64,000 nucleotides of DNA from Squalus acanthias (lineage: Eukaryota), in NCBI GenBank assembly GCA_030390025.1, contig CM059447.1, forward strand, positions 15,500,001 to 15,564,000. Reading direction: 5' to 3'. Positions within the stretch are counted from its first letter, which is position 1. Every line of letters begins with the position of its first letter. Shown one piece after another: positions 11,945 to 24,519 of the stretch. Position numbers and translations under genes: made by a program. The notes under the pieces were generated by a model. It did no database searches and had not been told where the DNA came from. It saw only the letters and a list, made by a program, of their open reading frames with translations.

Positions 11945-12269
11945 CTGAAAGAAACACTGGGGGAAAAAAATAAAAGCACCGCAAAAAAAAATCACGGATT
12001 GAGAGTTACTCACTGCCCTTGATTACTTAACATATTTAACTAACTCTAAATGTGTTTACTTTTCATTGTACCCTTGGGCAATCCTCCATTTTCTCAAATT
12101 TAGTTGGATGCTGCAGCACCACCCCATTCTCCTCATCCCCATTTTGTCCCTTTTAACAGACACTCATCAAACCCTCTCTCAGAAACCTCCCTTTCCATCT
12201 CTACAACGTATTATTGGTATGCCAATATTTTAATTAATTTTAGAAGTTACTGCTCTCCTGAGAGTGTTG

Positions 12270-12512
12270 TTTGCACTACTTCACACAAAGGGTAGTAGAA
12301 ATCTGGAACTCCCCCCCCACCACAAAGCTATTGAGGCTAGGTCAATTAAAGATTTCTAAACTGAGATTGATAGATTTTTGCTCGGCAAGGGTATTAAAGG
12401 TTACGGAACCGAGAAAGGTAGATGGAGTTAAGATACAGATCAGCCATGATCTGATTGAATGGTGGAACAGGCTTGAGGGGCTGAATGGCCTGCTCCCGGT
12501 CCTATATTCCTA
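12270..12512 (+). mobile_element. CR1 LINE 3' end
   Basis: HYFTQRVVEIWNS motif followed by a CR1 3' UTR (agatcagccatgatc...gggctgaatggcct). Confidence 0.88.
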
Positions 12513-12879
12513 AATGTTTTTTTTTATTTTGAAGGCTATTGTAGAACGATTATGATAATGCACTGTAAGTTTAACCAGTCCGGTTACCTAGTGCAATGAC
12601 AGAGGTGACCGTGAAGCTATTGCCTCCGTCTGCTCCTTGCATGCCAGAGGACAGAGAATGTGAAACCAAAATGTCCCGTGTTCAGTTCTAAGTCAGTGAG
12701 GTGGCTGAGGTCAAGGAATTGCTGCAACAACTTTTTATATAACAATAGAGATTACAAATTGCATTGTGGTATGCTGGCATATTAGGAGATTACTAATGTA
12801 TAATAATATGGATTTGACCTCTCTTTCACTCTATACTTAACTAACCTTAACTCTAATACAGTGGGATAGCAAACATATT

Positions 12880-13638
12880 GGCCCGTAATTTACGATGCCT
12901 ACGGGTGCGTACGTGCTGTGTATACACCTGTAGGGACCTCGCAAGTGCCGGTTTCAGGCATGCGAAGCGCATGCACTGAAAACCGGCATTTCCGATCTGT
13001 CAAGAATCCTCTTGACAGATCCTCTGCCTGCCCTGGAGAAGGGCCTCCGCGGGTGGAGAGTTCCGCTTTCTGCACAACCTCCGCCCGCTGAAAACCTTTA
13101 AAAATCTTACGCCTGGTAAAAGCAGGCGTAAGGCCTGCTTTTACCAGCATAAGAGTTTAAAAAAGTAAAAATAATTTTTTTTTTTCACTCATTTATAATT
13201 TAAAAATACTTTTAAAAAAGGTACGTTTATTTTTAGCCCCGTAAAAAACTTTAATTATTTTTTTCAAAAAATTAAATTTTTGTTTAAAATATTTTATTTA
13301 ATGTAATTTTAACTCATTTTAAAAATGTGATTTAAAAAAATGTATTTAATGTTTTGATGTCTTTTTTCAGTGAACCCCATTCATATATTTGACGGGTCTA
13401 TCTGTCAAAAGTATGAAGGGGGATTCCCTTCTCCCATTGGCTCGTCTGGCCCACGTGATCCCAGGGACGCTTGCGAACCGCCTGCGCTCCTGGGATACCC
13501 GGGCCTCTGTGCGCGCGCACCAGGAGAGGCCCAGGAGCGGAAATGGCCGGACCTCGGGAACCCTCAGGTAAGGGCGTAGATTTTTTCCCGCTAGGAGGCC
13601 TCCGCACCCAGGAAGCCTCCCATCGGAAATTACGGGCC
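12880..13638. mobile_element. Non-autonomous TIR element (PIF/Harbinger-like MITE)
   Basis: 18-bp TIRs ggcccgtaatttacgatg / catcggaaattacgggcc (1 mismatch), TSD ATT, AT-rich centre. Confidence 0.9.
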
Positions 13639-14214
13639 ATTGGCAATTTGCTGAAAATTGCATATGTCTAGCGCAATACTTCATTTCCCAAAGAAACCAT
13701 TCTGTTAGAATTTACAAACTTGAAATGTCTGCAGTAATAAGAAACTGAAGCCCGTTTTACAACTTGAATATTTTTCGTGTAAGTTGCAAAAAAGGATTGT
13801 TATTTTAACTTTAACTTTACTTTGGAATTCGTATATATTGCAAGCGGCTATTAATATTTGTGGCCTCTTTTGTTTTGTTCTATCTGCCTAAAATGGTGTT
13901 AAGTAAATGAATCATTTTCTGAAACAGTAAGATGAGTATGGTAGTTTAGATTATTGCTGTATTATTTGTACTGAGGCATTTCCAAATGATTTAAACTGGC
14001 TGATAATCTAACTACTTAATAAGTTGGACAGATAGCCTCACATTAAAAAACTAAGAACTGCAAATGCTGGAAATCTGAAACGAAAACAGAGAATGCCCAG
14101 TATCTGTGGAGATAACAGATAAGTTAATGTTGCAGGCGTGCAGCGGTGGAATGATCTGTAACCTGCTTAAAAGGGAAACAGGAGATTGTTTGATGGCTAA
14201 GAAGATCGTTACAT

Positions 14215-14480
14215 GACATATTACATCAAATGTACAGCACAGAAACAGGCCATTCAGCCCAATTGGTCTATGCCGGTGTTTATGCTCCACACGAGCCTCC
14301 TCCCACCCTACTTCACCTCACTCTGTCTGCATATCCTTCTATTCCCTCTCCCTCATGTGCTTATCTAGCTTCCCCTTAAAGGCATCTATGTTATTCGCTT
14401 CAACCACTCCCTGTGGTAGCACACTCCACATTCTAACCACTCTCTGGGTAAAGAAGTTTCTCCTGAATTCTTTATGGAGT
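14215..14480 (-). mobile_element. CR1 LINE 3' end
   Basis: acagcacagaaacaggccattcagccc tail; the reverse complement encodes FFTQRVVRMW. Confidence 0.85.
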
Positions 14481-14928
14481 TTATTATTTACATCGCACTT
14501 ATTTTCTGTTTTTATATTGAGTTTGTTTCCTATAAGGTATAAACAGGATGGCCAACAGGCTTTTTAAAATATATGCACAAGTCACATCAATAATACATAC
14601 AAACAGTTACAAACATTTACATTGTTTCAGCACTTCTCACATACAGACCAAGGGGGTTAGTTTCTGTCGGGGGTGGTGGGGTGTGTCAGGGGGGTGGGTG
14701 GGAGTGGTCTCCTGCTCATCCACTATAGCTTCAGCAGAAGAGCTGCAGAAACCCCGGGAAAATGGTGTAAACAGCGGACGATCGGGAGAATCCCTGCAGA
14801 CATTCAGCACTGATAGGGCAGAGTGCTGTACGGAAAGGCAGACACTGTCCGAGCAGGAGAGTAAACGGGGAAGAGTGGTGAATCAGAGGGGAGGGAGGGG
14901 AAACAAAGGCCAGGACAAAGGGAAGGAT

Positions 14929-15752
14929 TTTCTTCTTCTTCTTAGGCAGTCCCTCGGAATCGAGGATGACTTGCTTCCACACTAAAAATGAGTTCTCAGG
15001 TGACTGATGAGTCCAATGCGGGACCTACAGTCTCTGTCACAGGTGGGGCAGACGGTGGTTGAAGGGGCGGGTGGGTGGGGTGCTTGGGTTGACGTGCGCT
15101 CCTTGCGCTGCCTCCGCTTGGCTTCCGCTTTCTCCTGGCGAAGAGACTCGAGGTGTTCGGCGCCTTCCCAGATGCTTCTCCTCCACTTTGTGCGGTCTTG
15201 GGCCAGGGATTCCCAGGTGTCAGTGGGGATGTTACACTTTTTCAAGGAGGCTTTGAGGGTGTCCTTGAAGCGTTTCCTCTGCCCACCTGGGGCTCTCTTG
15301 CTGTGTCGGAGCTCCGAGTAGAGCGCTTGTTTTGGGAGTCTTGTATCGGGCATGCGGACGGTCCATCGGAGCTGATCGAGTGTGGTCAAAGCTTCGATAC
15401 TGGGGATGTTGGCCTGATCGAGAATACTGACGTTGGTGCGCCTATCCTGCCAATGGATTTGCAGGATCTTGCGGAGGCAGCGTTGGTGGTACCTCTCCAG
15501 TGCTTTGAGGTGCCTGCTGTACATGGTCCATGTCTCTGAAGCATACAGGAGGGCGGGTATCACTACTGCTCTGTAGACCATGAGCTTGGTGCTGGGTTTG
15601 AGGCCCTGGTCTCTTCCTCAGGCGACCGAAGGCTGCACTGGCACACTGAAGGCAGTGTTAGACTTCGTCATCGGCGTCTGCCCTTGTTGACAGTAGGCTC
15701 CCGAGGTATGGAAAGTGGTCCACGTTGTCCAAGGCCTTGTGGATTTTGATAA
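14929..15752 (-). mobile_element. RTE-clade LINE 3' fragment
   Basis: ORF 14982-15581 (VYRAVVIPALLYASETW...RMPDTRLPKQALYSEL...GGQRKRFKDTLK...CPTC...H); upstream VDHFPYLGS; (AAG)n tail. Confidence 0.93.
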
Positions 15753-15885
15753 TCCCCAGAAGGATTCTACGGTGTTTTTTGAAAACAGGGAGGGAGCAAT
15801 TAGAAATGTCATATATTATCTATTTACATCAAGAATGAATAATGTGTTGTTGAATTTCCTTATAATATTAATCACTTATATACCA

Positions 15886-16343
15886 GAAGAAAGACTTGCA
15901 TTTATATAGCGCCTTTCATGACCTCAGGACGTGCCAAAGCGCTTTACAACCAATGAAGTACTTTTTTGAAGTGTAGTCAATGTTGTAATGTAGGTAACAC
16001 GGCAGTTAATTTGCGCACAGCAAGCTCCCACAAACAGCAATGGGATAATGACCAGATGTTTTTAGTGATGTTGGTTGAGGGATAAATATTGGACAGGACA
16101 CTGGGGAGAACTCACCCGCTCCTCTTCAAGTAGTACCCTGAGATCTTTTACGTCCACCTGAGAGGGCAGATAAGGCCTCGGTTTAGCGTCTCATCCAAAA
16201 GCTGGCACCTCCGACAGTGCAGCACTCCCTCAGCACTGGACTGGCGTGTCAGCCTAGATTCTGTGCTCAAGTGTCTGGAGTGGGACTTGAACTCACAACC
16301 TTCTGACTCAGAGGCGAGAGTGCTACCCACTGAGCCATGGCTA
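15886..16343 (-). mobile_element. Full-length SINE family A
   Basis: Reverse complement aligns end to end with 1299-1756. Confidence 0.92.
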
Positions 16344-16920
16344 CAGAAGAAAAAGGTATTCACAGCTCCCTGAAGTAAAAGATGGTAGAAATTGACTCAG
16401 TCCTCCTGTGTGAAAATCTAACAATTATTAAAGTGTGGTTCATGCCTTTACACCTGTTGTATACAATTTGCACAGTGGTTTGTTCATGCCATAAGTGGTT
16501 CAAAGGTGCAACATGACTGTCAGACTCTCTAATTGATCCTTGTGAGCAGTTCATACACGTAACCTCCTCCTACTGCTACTCTGCCTAATACACCACTGCT
16601 GTCTCTTTATCACAAATCATTTCCCAAATGGAAACACAAACACTTCTCATCCCTCCTAATAACACATCCAAAACTAATAAAATGAAAACAGCCCCAGAAA
16701 AATGATACAAATTCTGTAAATACCTCCAGTAACAAAAATCAAAACAAAAAAATTACAAATAAAGAGAATAACCAACTAATGCACCATTGCAATATTTAAA
16801 AAACAGATGAGCCCCTATCTTGGAAAATACAATCTTCAGCTCAATTTAGTTCCAAAGCTAGTTTTTCATCTTTTAGTTGCCCCTCCTAATCCACATTTGA
16901 TGTACTCCCCATGTACTTAC

Positions 16921-17035
16921 TCCAGCCACAATCTGCTACCCAATATTGTCTCGCGCTGCCCTCGACGTAACCGATGCAATGATATGCACAGTACTATGGG
17001 TAGCCTTGTCACTAGATTATCCTCTACCACACACC
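16921..17035 (-). CDS. Candidate 115-nt exon, phase 1-2, (G)CVVEDNLVTRLPIVLCISLHRLRRGQRETILGSRLWL
   Basis: Acceptor tcattctgtttgtccccatag, donor gtaagt. Only the phase-1 frame is stop-free. Confidence 0.4.
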
Positions 17036-18029
17036 CTATGGGGACAAACAGAATGATTTAAAAAACATAAACCACTTGTACGTACAAAAATAAGTCAGGG
17101 TTCTGTTTGATGCAACACTGATTCAGCTGAGATGTCATAACACAACTAGGACTTCACCGCTGGTGTTGTATGGACCTGGTTATTAGATGAACACAGTATC
17201 CAATGGGGCCTGCTATGTATACTCCAAACAATGTGCCATTTTAAATAGTTATACCACCATAAGAAAGTCCCCCAGAGGATCCAGAAATTTAATTTGATAT
17301 TAACTGAATGTGCAGACATTGCAAGCAAAAAAAAGAGAATCCAATATGTGTTCCATATAAAAGGCTGATACTGTGTGCAAGGTTGGTTTGTTAATCAGTT
17401 GCTGATGTTTATTCATAAAATATACAGCAAAACACAAGCACCGAAATGTTAATGTGAGCACAATTCTGCTCCTTCAGCTGTAGTTCTGTGAGAATTGTAC
17501 ATTTTTGACAAGCTTTGTTTCATCTTTGTCATCCTATTTTCAATTACAGCTGTAAAAGCCATGCGGCAAGCTGCAAGCTTCTCCTGATAGTTGTGGTGTT
17601 GTCAGCATTCTGGAGCTGTCATTTTTCACAATGAAGATGATGCCCCTGGAGATTATTGTTGTGCCTCCACTGGAACTGGCAGTCTTCAGAATTCAGACAA
17701 TGCCCCTGGTGATTATGGTCATATGCTACATAGGTAGATTCTGTTGCAATTGAAGTTGGACATATGTTAACATTTTCTGTGCATACTGTTGGAATATGTC
17801 TGTGTGCTGCAGCTTTGTTTAATAAAGACTGACATTTACAGTTTATATTTTTCTTCTGTGGAACTCGGTGCTTTAGTATCTTTGCTGTAATGTTACTGTC
17901 GCCCTATAGTGTGTACAAGCCTAAACCGACTTGCTGCTGTTTGTGGCTAACCCATATATTTGAGAGACTTAAAGTACTCACCCATCTGTATACTTTTAAA
18001 AGGGTTTCAGCTTCTCTCCTGAAGGCACC

Positions 18030-18205
18030 GGGGTAATTCTCACCATCACCGTTTGGGCACTAAGCTGGTGGAGCGGATCGCCCGCCCGTTCTAGAACCCG
18101 CCCGGTTTTCAATGGGATTGCTTTCAGTGGAGATGGAAATCTATAAGGGGCTGACAATCTGCCCCGTTGGTTTACTGCCCAAGTGGTTAAGCCGAAAATG
18201 ACCCT
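18030..18205. mobile_element. Short palindromic MITE
   Basis: Imperfect fold-back ggggtaattctc...ttgggcactaa / ttactgcccaa...gaaaatgaccc. Confidence 0.7.
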
Positions 18206-19694
18206 CACTGTCTCTTGGTTGGTGCTCATCAAAGTGGCCACCATTCTTTTTTCGTGATCCCAGCAAGTGTGTGTTGGCGGACTATTCAACCAAGGAAGTC
18301 GTCATGTCCCCAGGGTTTGGGATGGGGGGTCTCTGCTTTGGAGCTACGGTGGGCAACCATGGTCAATCCAAGTGTTAATTCATGATTCCATTGATCTTTA
18401 TAATCAGTGGTCCTGAAATACAGTTCTATGTTCTGGCACTGGTCTCTAAATCTTAAGATGAAATGACAGATGCTTATAGTTGGCAGTTCATTGTAGCAGT
18501 TTACAATACCTCATTAATGCCACACCCTGCCTGACACCACAAAGACCAGCATTTCAAAGAGCTCCCCAATTCTATTGGAACTGTTTGAGAGAGTGGTGTC
18601 CCTCGGGACTATTGATAATATGTTAATGTACAATGCCAAAGCTCAATTGAACATAGTAAATCAAATTTTTTTATGAATTGGCGCACTCGGAATGACACAA
18701 ACAATGGAGGGCAGAGAACATCAGACTTGATATCTTGATATAAATCACAGACACGAATGAGTGCATCCAAGTTCCTTCCAGTTATTGGGAATGAGTCTGG
18801 AGGGAGGGCTGACTACTAGTTGTAAGAATCCAAACAACCAGCAGGACAGGAAAGGTTGGCTTCTGTGCTTGTGCACCCATACTTCAATTTGTATGATCTG
18901 CATTTTGGACCCTCCAGCCTAGCTGTTCTGATTGGGCATGTGTCCGACCATAAGTAGGGCAGTGCGTGGTTCATGCCCACCCAACATGTTGAGTACTGCC
19001 CCCACCAGTATTCCTGGGGTCAGCCTCATGAAGATATTATGGTGCCATTAGGTCTGCTGTCATGCTCATCGGTGGTCATGACTAGAATGGGCACGGATAA
19101 AGGTGCCGACCCTTAGGATGCGAACACATCCGGACCCTCCCATACCTGAAAAGGCGCCAGAAAGCACGCAAGCTGAGGCTGCCCACACAAGAGGGGAAGT
19201 GGTTCAGCCTGCAGCATTCCAGCTTCGGATGCAGCTACAGAGAGGCTGGGATCACCTCAATCCCAAGAAGCTCCCTTGGATATACAGCAGCGCTCCTGCC
19301 ATTGAGGTAACACCGAGATGAAGCCAGAGATTAGGGTCAATACTGTTAGCAAGGGTGAAGTCCATGGCAAAAAGCAGGCACGCACACGCAATGTTTAGAG
19401 GTGAAAGATATATTTGCACTATCGTTTATGCAGAGAGTTTCTTTCAGGAGTTGATTTCAGCAGGTGGCATGAATAGCTGGTTGGTGAGTTGTGTTGCAAA
19501 GGGAAGGCATTGTAGCTGAAGGCACGGAGAGAATGTAGGTATTAGTGCAGCGAGCACATGCAGAGGTTAGGAGAAGGCCTCCTGTATGGGAGCGGCAGCA
19601 ATTTCTCTAGCTGCTGGTAAACGATTCTCTTCTGCTGGCTCTTCATGTTGCTGCAGTTCCTCTAGGTGGTTCCTCGTGGCCTCCGTGCTGGTAA

Positions 19695-20620
19695 TCTCTT
19701 TACAGGGAGATATCGCACAATATGCAGCAAACAACAATCCTAGAAGCTCTTACTGGGCTGTGTTGCAGTTTGGCCCCCAGGTCAACTTAGGTACCTGAAG
19801 AGCTGCTTAGGTATGCCCCTGGTGTGCTCAATGATAACAGTCACAGAGGCACCATCTCTTTAGATCTGTAGGAAACTGCAGAGATGTCATATGCCATGGC
19901 TGCACAGGACAGCCTTGATTCCCCCAAGCCACCCTGAGACTTGCTTTGCAGGGTGAAATATTGGTGGGACTAATGAATTTATTGTGACAGCTATCTGAAA
20001 AGTGAACATTTATTTGCTTTATGCAGTGCAGCTGCTAACAAGCCAGCCACATGTTGAGAGAATGGAATATTCTGTGATTCATGTAGGTGGTAGCATTGTA
20101 TAATGCTGCATATAAGGGGCCACATAGGTACAATCAGTACCCACTGACACAACCAAAACGTCTTTTCTATGTTTGGCTTTGACTCTTCTACAGTTCGGAC
20201 ACTTGCTTCTTCTTTGCCAAAATATGAATGGACACTTTCCTTTGGTTTCACATCTTCCTGTCCTGCACGTTTGGGAACCCTGGCACTCTGTAAAATTGCA
20301 GAGACCCTCTCATGCTGCTGTCTGTTGTCCATGGGGAAGATGTGTGTGATGCACAAGGAAATAATGACTCGACTCGCATGTCTATGCACTGCTGATTGTC
20401 TGATAATTTGCAACATCCCCTACTGGCAGCTTGAAAGAACCCTAATGCAAACTGTTGAGTAGGTTTGTGTCTTTAACAACTACTGGCAATGCCATGGCTA
20501 TGGTGGTGCTTGGCTGTATGTAGCGTAACGCCACAGCCACTGCTCCTTGGACAAATGAACGTATGTGTACCTCGGCCTGTATATTCTGGTGTGGGAGTAC
20601 TGATGGGTGTGTGCCAATTG
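19695..20620 (-). pseudogene. Fossil PIF/Harbinger (HARBI1-like DDE) transposase
   Basis: Degenerate motifs RIYRPR, ALPVVVK, QSAVHR, GWLGGNQGCPVQPWHMT (cf. GWLLGDxGYPLxxWLMT), VIIEHTRGIPKQLFRYL (cf. IExxxGxLKxRFRCL), LQHSPVRASRIVVCC. Many stops and frameshifts. Confidence 0.8.
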
Positions 20621-21246
20621 TCACAGGTGCAGCCTGATCTGCCTGACCTCCCTGTGTTGTTCCTCCTCTTCTCCCTCTGAAAAAAACAGATATTGAGGAA
20701 TTCCCAGTGGGAAAGCCATTGTGGCACTATTGCTCAGTTATGCACTGTGCTACATCCTCACCTACATTCTGCGTCCCTCAATTTTCCATCGGCAGCATCT
20801 GGTGGTGTACAATACACCTACCCATATATGGATGAGCATATTGTAATCAGATGAAAATACATCCTCCAATGTATTTCCTGTAATTTACACTTCAACAATA
20901 CTGGATGGAAGGGCCCTGTTAGCCCGTGACGTCCAGAATTTATAGGGGGAGTCTTTCCATTTTTAATAGCTGACAAAGACTATGCAATCATTCACAGATC
21001 AATGGATTGCACAGGCCACTCTTTCTGTAACCTCCCTTTCTTCTCGAAGGTCCTGGAACACATCGTCAGCTTTCAGTTTCTGTGCTCATCTCTCACATCA
21101 CTCACCATTGAAATCCTTTCGATCTGGTTTCCGTCCCACCAATAGCACTTCCTATGGTCAGAATCACCAAGTACATCCTGTGTAACTGCAAAAGTGGTGC
21201 ATTATCCCTCCTTGTCCTTCTCCGTCTCTCTGCTTTCCTTAACATG

Positions 21247-21904
21247 AATGAGAAGTTGCACAACACCAGGTTATAGTCCAACAGATTTATTTAAAATTAC
21301 AAGCTTTCGGAGCTGTCGCCCCTTCGTCAGGTAAAGGTGCAATGAAGGAATCTACAATATTACACAGTATATAAACACAGAAACTGCAGAGATACAATCT
21401 TTCAGGGAAGCATTACTTCAAAGACACACCAGAGCACAGCCAAGACAATGAGATGGATCACAGGGGGTCCAACGTGTCAAATCCTGCTGTCTGCAGTTGA
21501 GTTTTTAACTTTTTTTTTGTGTGTTTTTTTTAAAAACTGGAAAGACAGACAACGATGTCGAGTCATGTTCTGTAGCGTAACATGAACCCGATATCCCTAT
21601 TGAGGCTGTCCTCATGGGTGCAGAACTTGGCTATCAGTTTCTGCTCAATGATTTTGCGTTGTCGTGTGTCTCGAAGGCCGCCTTGGAGAACGCTAACCTG
21701 CAGATCCGAGGCTGAATGTCCTTGACTGCTGAAGTGTTCCCCGACTGGGAGGTAACAATCCTGCCTGGCGATTGTTGCGCGGTGTCCGTTCATACGTTGT
21801 CTCAGTGTCTGCATGGTCTCGCCGATGTACCATGCTCCGGGGCATCCTTTCCTGCGACGTATCAGGTAGACAACGTTGGCCGAGTCACATGAGTATGTAC
21901 CATG
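21247..21904 (-). mobile_element. Penelope-like element 3' fragment (GIY-YIG endonuclease and pseudo-LTR)
   Basis: NVVYLI...WYIGET...LRQRMNGHR...VGEHF...EQKLIAKF...LNRD at 21563-21904; 12-bp TSD ttccttaacatg (21235-21246 and 21905-21916). Confidence 0.92.
21297..21334 (-). ncRNA. Minimal type I hammerhead ribozyme motif
   Basis: UUAC CUGACGA A GGGGC gaca GCUCC GAAA GC UU GUAA: core boxes, stem I UUAC/GUAA, stem II, palindromic AGCU. Confidence 0.75.
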
Positions 21905-23894
21905 TTCCTTAACATGGTTGACCATTCCATCTTGCTCCACTCTTCATCCTTCATAGTTCCCTTTCGTTACACAACCTCTGTGCGGGTTATGGTTGGCAGC
22001 TTTTTACAGCAGTGGGGGAAAGATCAGAAAAATCAATCCTGTATCTCCTTACTCCGTGGCACATGCACGTTGATCCTCCTGTGCACTTTGCCTTTGTATC
22101 ACAAGAAGTTAGGGTGCGCTTGACCAGTGCCTGCTGGAAATCCACTGCATATCCACCTTTCAGCTAATCTGTCCTTGAGAACAAAAGAAAGCATTTTGTG
22201 TGAAACTAGAGAATTGATTAAACATTCAGTCCTGAGTCTGTTCTTTGATGTACTGAGGATGTTAACCATCACTTCCTGCTGCTGATCAGAGGTAGCATGG
22301 GCCTCTAGTGTACTTCGTGTGCTTAGTGGTCTATGGCAAGGGTGGGATTATTAAATAAAGATGAGTCTGTTTCAAAACCAGAGGTAATCCAAAATTTGGC
22401 CATTTCAGGCTAATAACTGAATATTCAAACCTTAACTGATCTGGAATTGGTTGGCCGGTTTCTTCATTAAAATGTCAGTGTACGTGTGTGAGGGATAAAA
22501 TCTTCCTCTGCACAAACGCACCACGACTGGGATGTCCATATTGTGCCATTAGCCTCTCACATTCGTACTGACTATAAGTGCCCATCTGCTCTCTGTGGTA
22601 CGATACAAAAGTATTGACTTTGTTTTTAACTTATGAACCAATATTATTTTATTTTACACACTTGGCTGAAAACACTGAAAACCGATAAATGGAGTGGCAG
22701 GTCGCACTGAATGTATAAATGACATCTTTCAGTTTCCCTGTGTACCATTTCCAGTTTGAATTTAAATGTAAGGGTTCAGAAGGACCTCGTTTTTACCCAT
22801 GACACAGAATTTGTGTCAACGAGTGTGAAAGATAGAGAAATGGTACAAGATCAGCCCTGAGCACCTGTAAAACCTGAGGTAAACAGTCATAGGTGTAATT
22901 AGAACAGTCAGTCACTAGGGGCCAGCAGATCTGTAGAAATGACAGCTAATTGACCACACGTGACCGTTCCTACTTAATTTGTTGAGATTTGGATGCTCAT
23001 ATTCCTCAATGTCTATCGTTCACAAATTCATTAAAAGCATATTTAAAATATGTGGCTTGTGATCCTTGCAATGATCCCAACTCAAATATTTTCAATTTTA
23101 TTTTTATTTACAGCTTCTGCCTCCAGTTTAAGAACAATATGGAGCAAAGCCCTTTTGACTCATCAAACTCTCTCCTTCAGTAGCCCATGCACAAAGTGCC
23201 TTATCAGAGGCTCTAATCAAAATCATTTATTCTCCTGAGGGAGGTGCCTGGGCCAACCACAGGTGAGACCTTAGCGACATTTCTTCCTGCAGACTCCGGA
23301 CATCAATCTCCGGTACAACCTATGCGATTCTGCCCTGACTAGTTGCATCCTACGGGTGACAGTTCCATGTGTTTAGCAGCACAGAGCACAGAAACTTTAA
23401 AAAATCGCCAATTAGGTCTCCTTGAAATCTCCTGTTCTCCAATGAGAACATGCCCACCCATCTACACCTATACGAAGCCTTATAACTTTTAATTATCCAA
23501 CTTTTTATTTAAATGAGTCCATTGACAGCACCAAATACTTTTGTTGGGAGTTTGTTCCACACATCTGTAATTAAAAAAATCTCCAGTCTTGCTTGACGTT
23601 TCTTAGTTTTATAGCGCCGTTCTATGCTGCTCTGTAATTGGCCAAAACAATGCACATGAATGCTTCATTCCTGTGGAATAGTCCATCTACCAGCTGTGCC
23701 AAGAACTGACCAATCACATTCTATATGTGGCAGAGAGACAAGACTAACATGTACCTCTTTGGTTGGGCAATTGGCACTTTAATCATGTTTAATAGACAAC
23801 ACCAGAATACTTCATATTTTCCCCAGAAAATGTCTCCCCATCCCCTCTAAAAGGCATTGACGCTTGTTGGGTTGTGGTTACATGAGCGTTGACA

Positions 23895-24510
23895 TAGAAA
23901 TATAGAAAATCTCAAGGCTCAAAGACATCATCGGTCTACCCAGTCTATCTTCCTATTGTCCGAGCAATTATATCTGATGGTGTGTTTCTTTGCAAGATAC
24001 TTGTCCAGGTTAACCAGGGAGAGGTCAAAGCCCTGACAACCTCCCCTGCTAAGTATTCCCAAAAAACACCCACCCTCTCAGTGAAGTAATATTTGAATTT
24101 TGAATAATGGCTGAATTTACCTCTTTCCAGCTTATGCTCGTGTCCCCTCATTCTGCTGTCCAGTCCAAATAAGTAAAAACCCTGACTGGTCTATATCCCT
24201 CAGCTTTATTAATCTGAAAACCTCAAATCTTGTCCCCTTTGGTCTCCTCCTCTCCAATGAGAAGAATTCCAGTTCTCATATGTTTTATTTTCTCCTACAT
24301 TACAACAGTGACTACACTCCAAAAAGTACTTCATTGGCTGTAAAGCACTTTGAGACATCCGGTGGTCGTGAAAGGCGCTATATAAATGCAAGTCTTTCTT
24401 TCCAGTCTCCTAATCATTCTAGTAGTCTTCTCTGCACCTTTTCCAACCCAGCTGCATCTTTCCTGTGGTGAGGCTTCCAGAACTGATCACAATACTCCAA
24501 ATCTGGTCTT
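23895..24510 (-). mobile_element. Diverged CR1 3' fragment with a SINE A tail (24285-24401, +) inserted
   Basis: MRGHEHKLERGKF...YYFTERV; acatagaaatatagaaa tail; SINE tail interrupts the fragment. Confidence 0.75.
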
Positions 24511-24519
24511 ATTTGTTAC

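Larger units (their letters stand above)
21070..21950 (+). mobile_element. L2 RT remnant split by a Penelope-like insertion
   Basis: SGFRPTNST and LLRLSAFLNMVDHSILL (cf. LLDLSAAFDTVDH) are restored when 21247-21916 is removed. Confidence 0.75.

Noticed and set aside
14982-15581. 199-aa ORF as a host zinc-finger gene
   Set aside because: It is the C-terminus of an RTE retrotransposon ORF, with an upstream stop and deletion and an (AAG)n tail.
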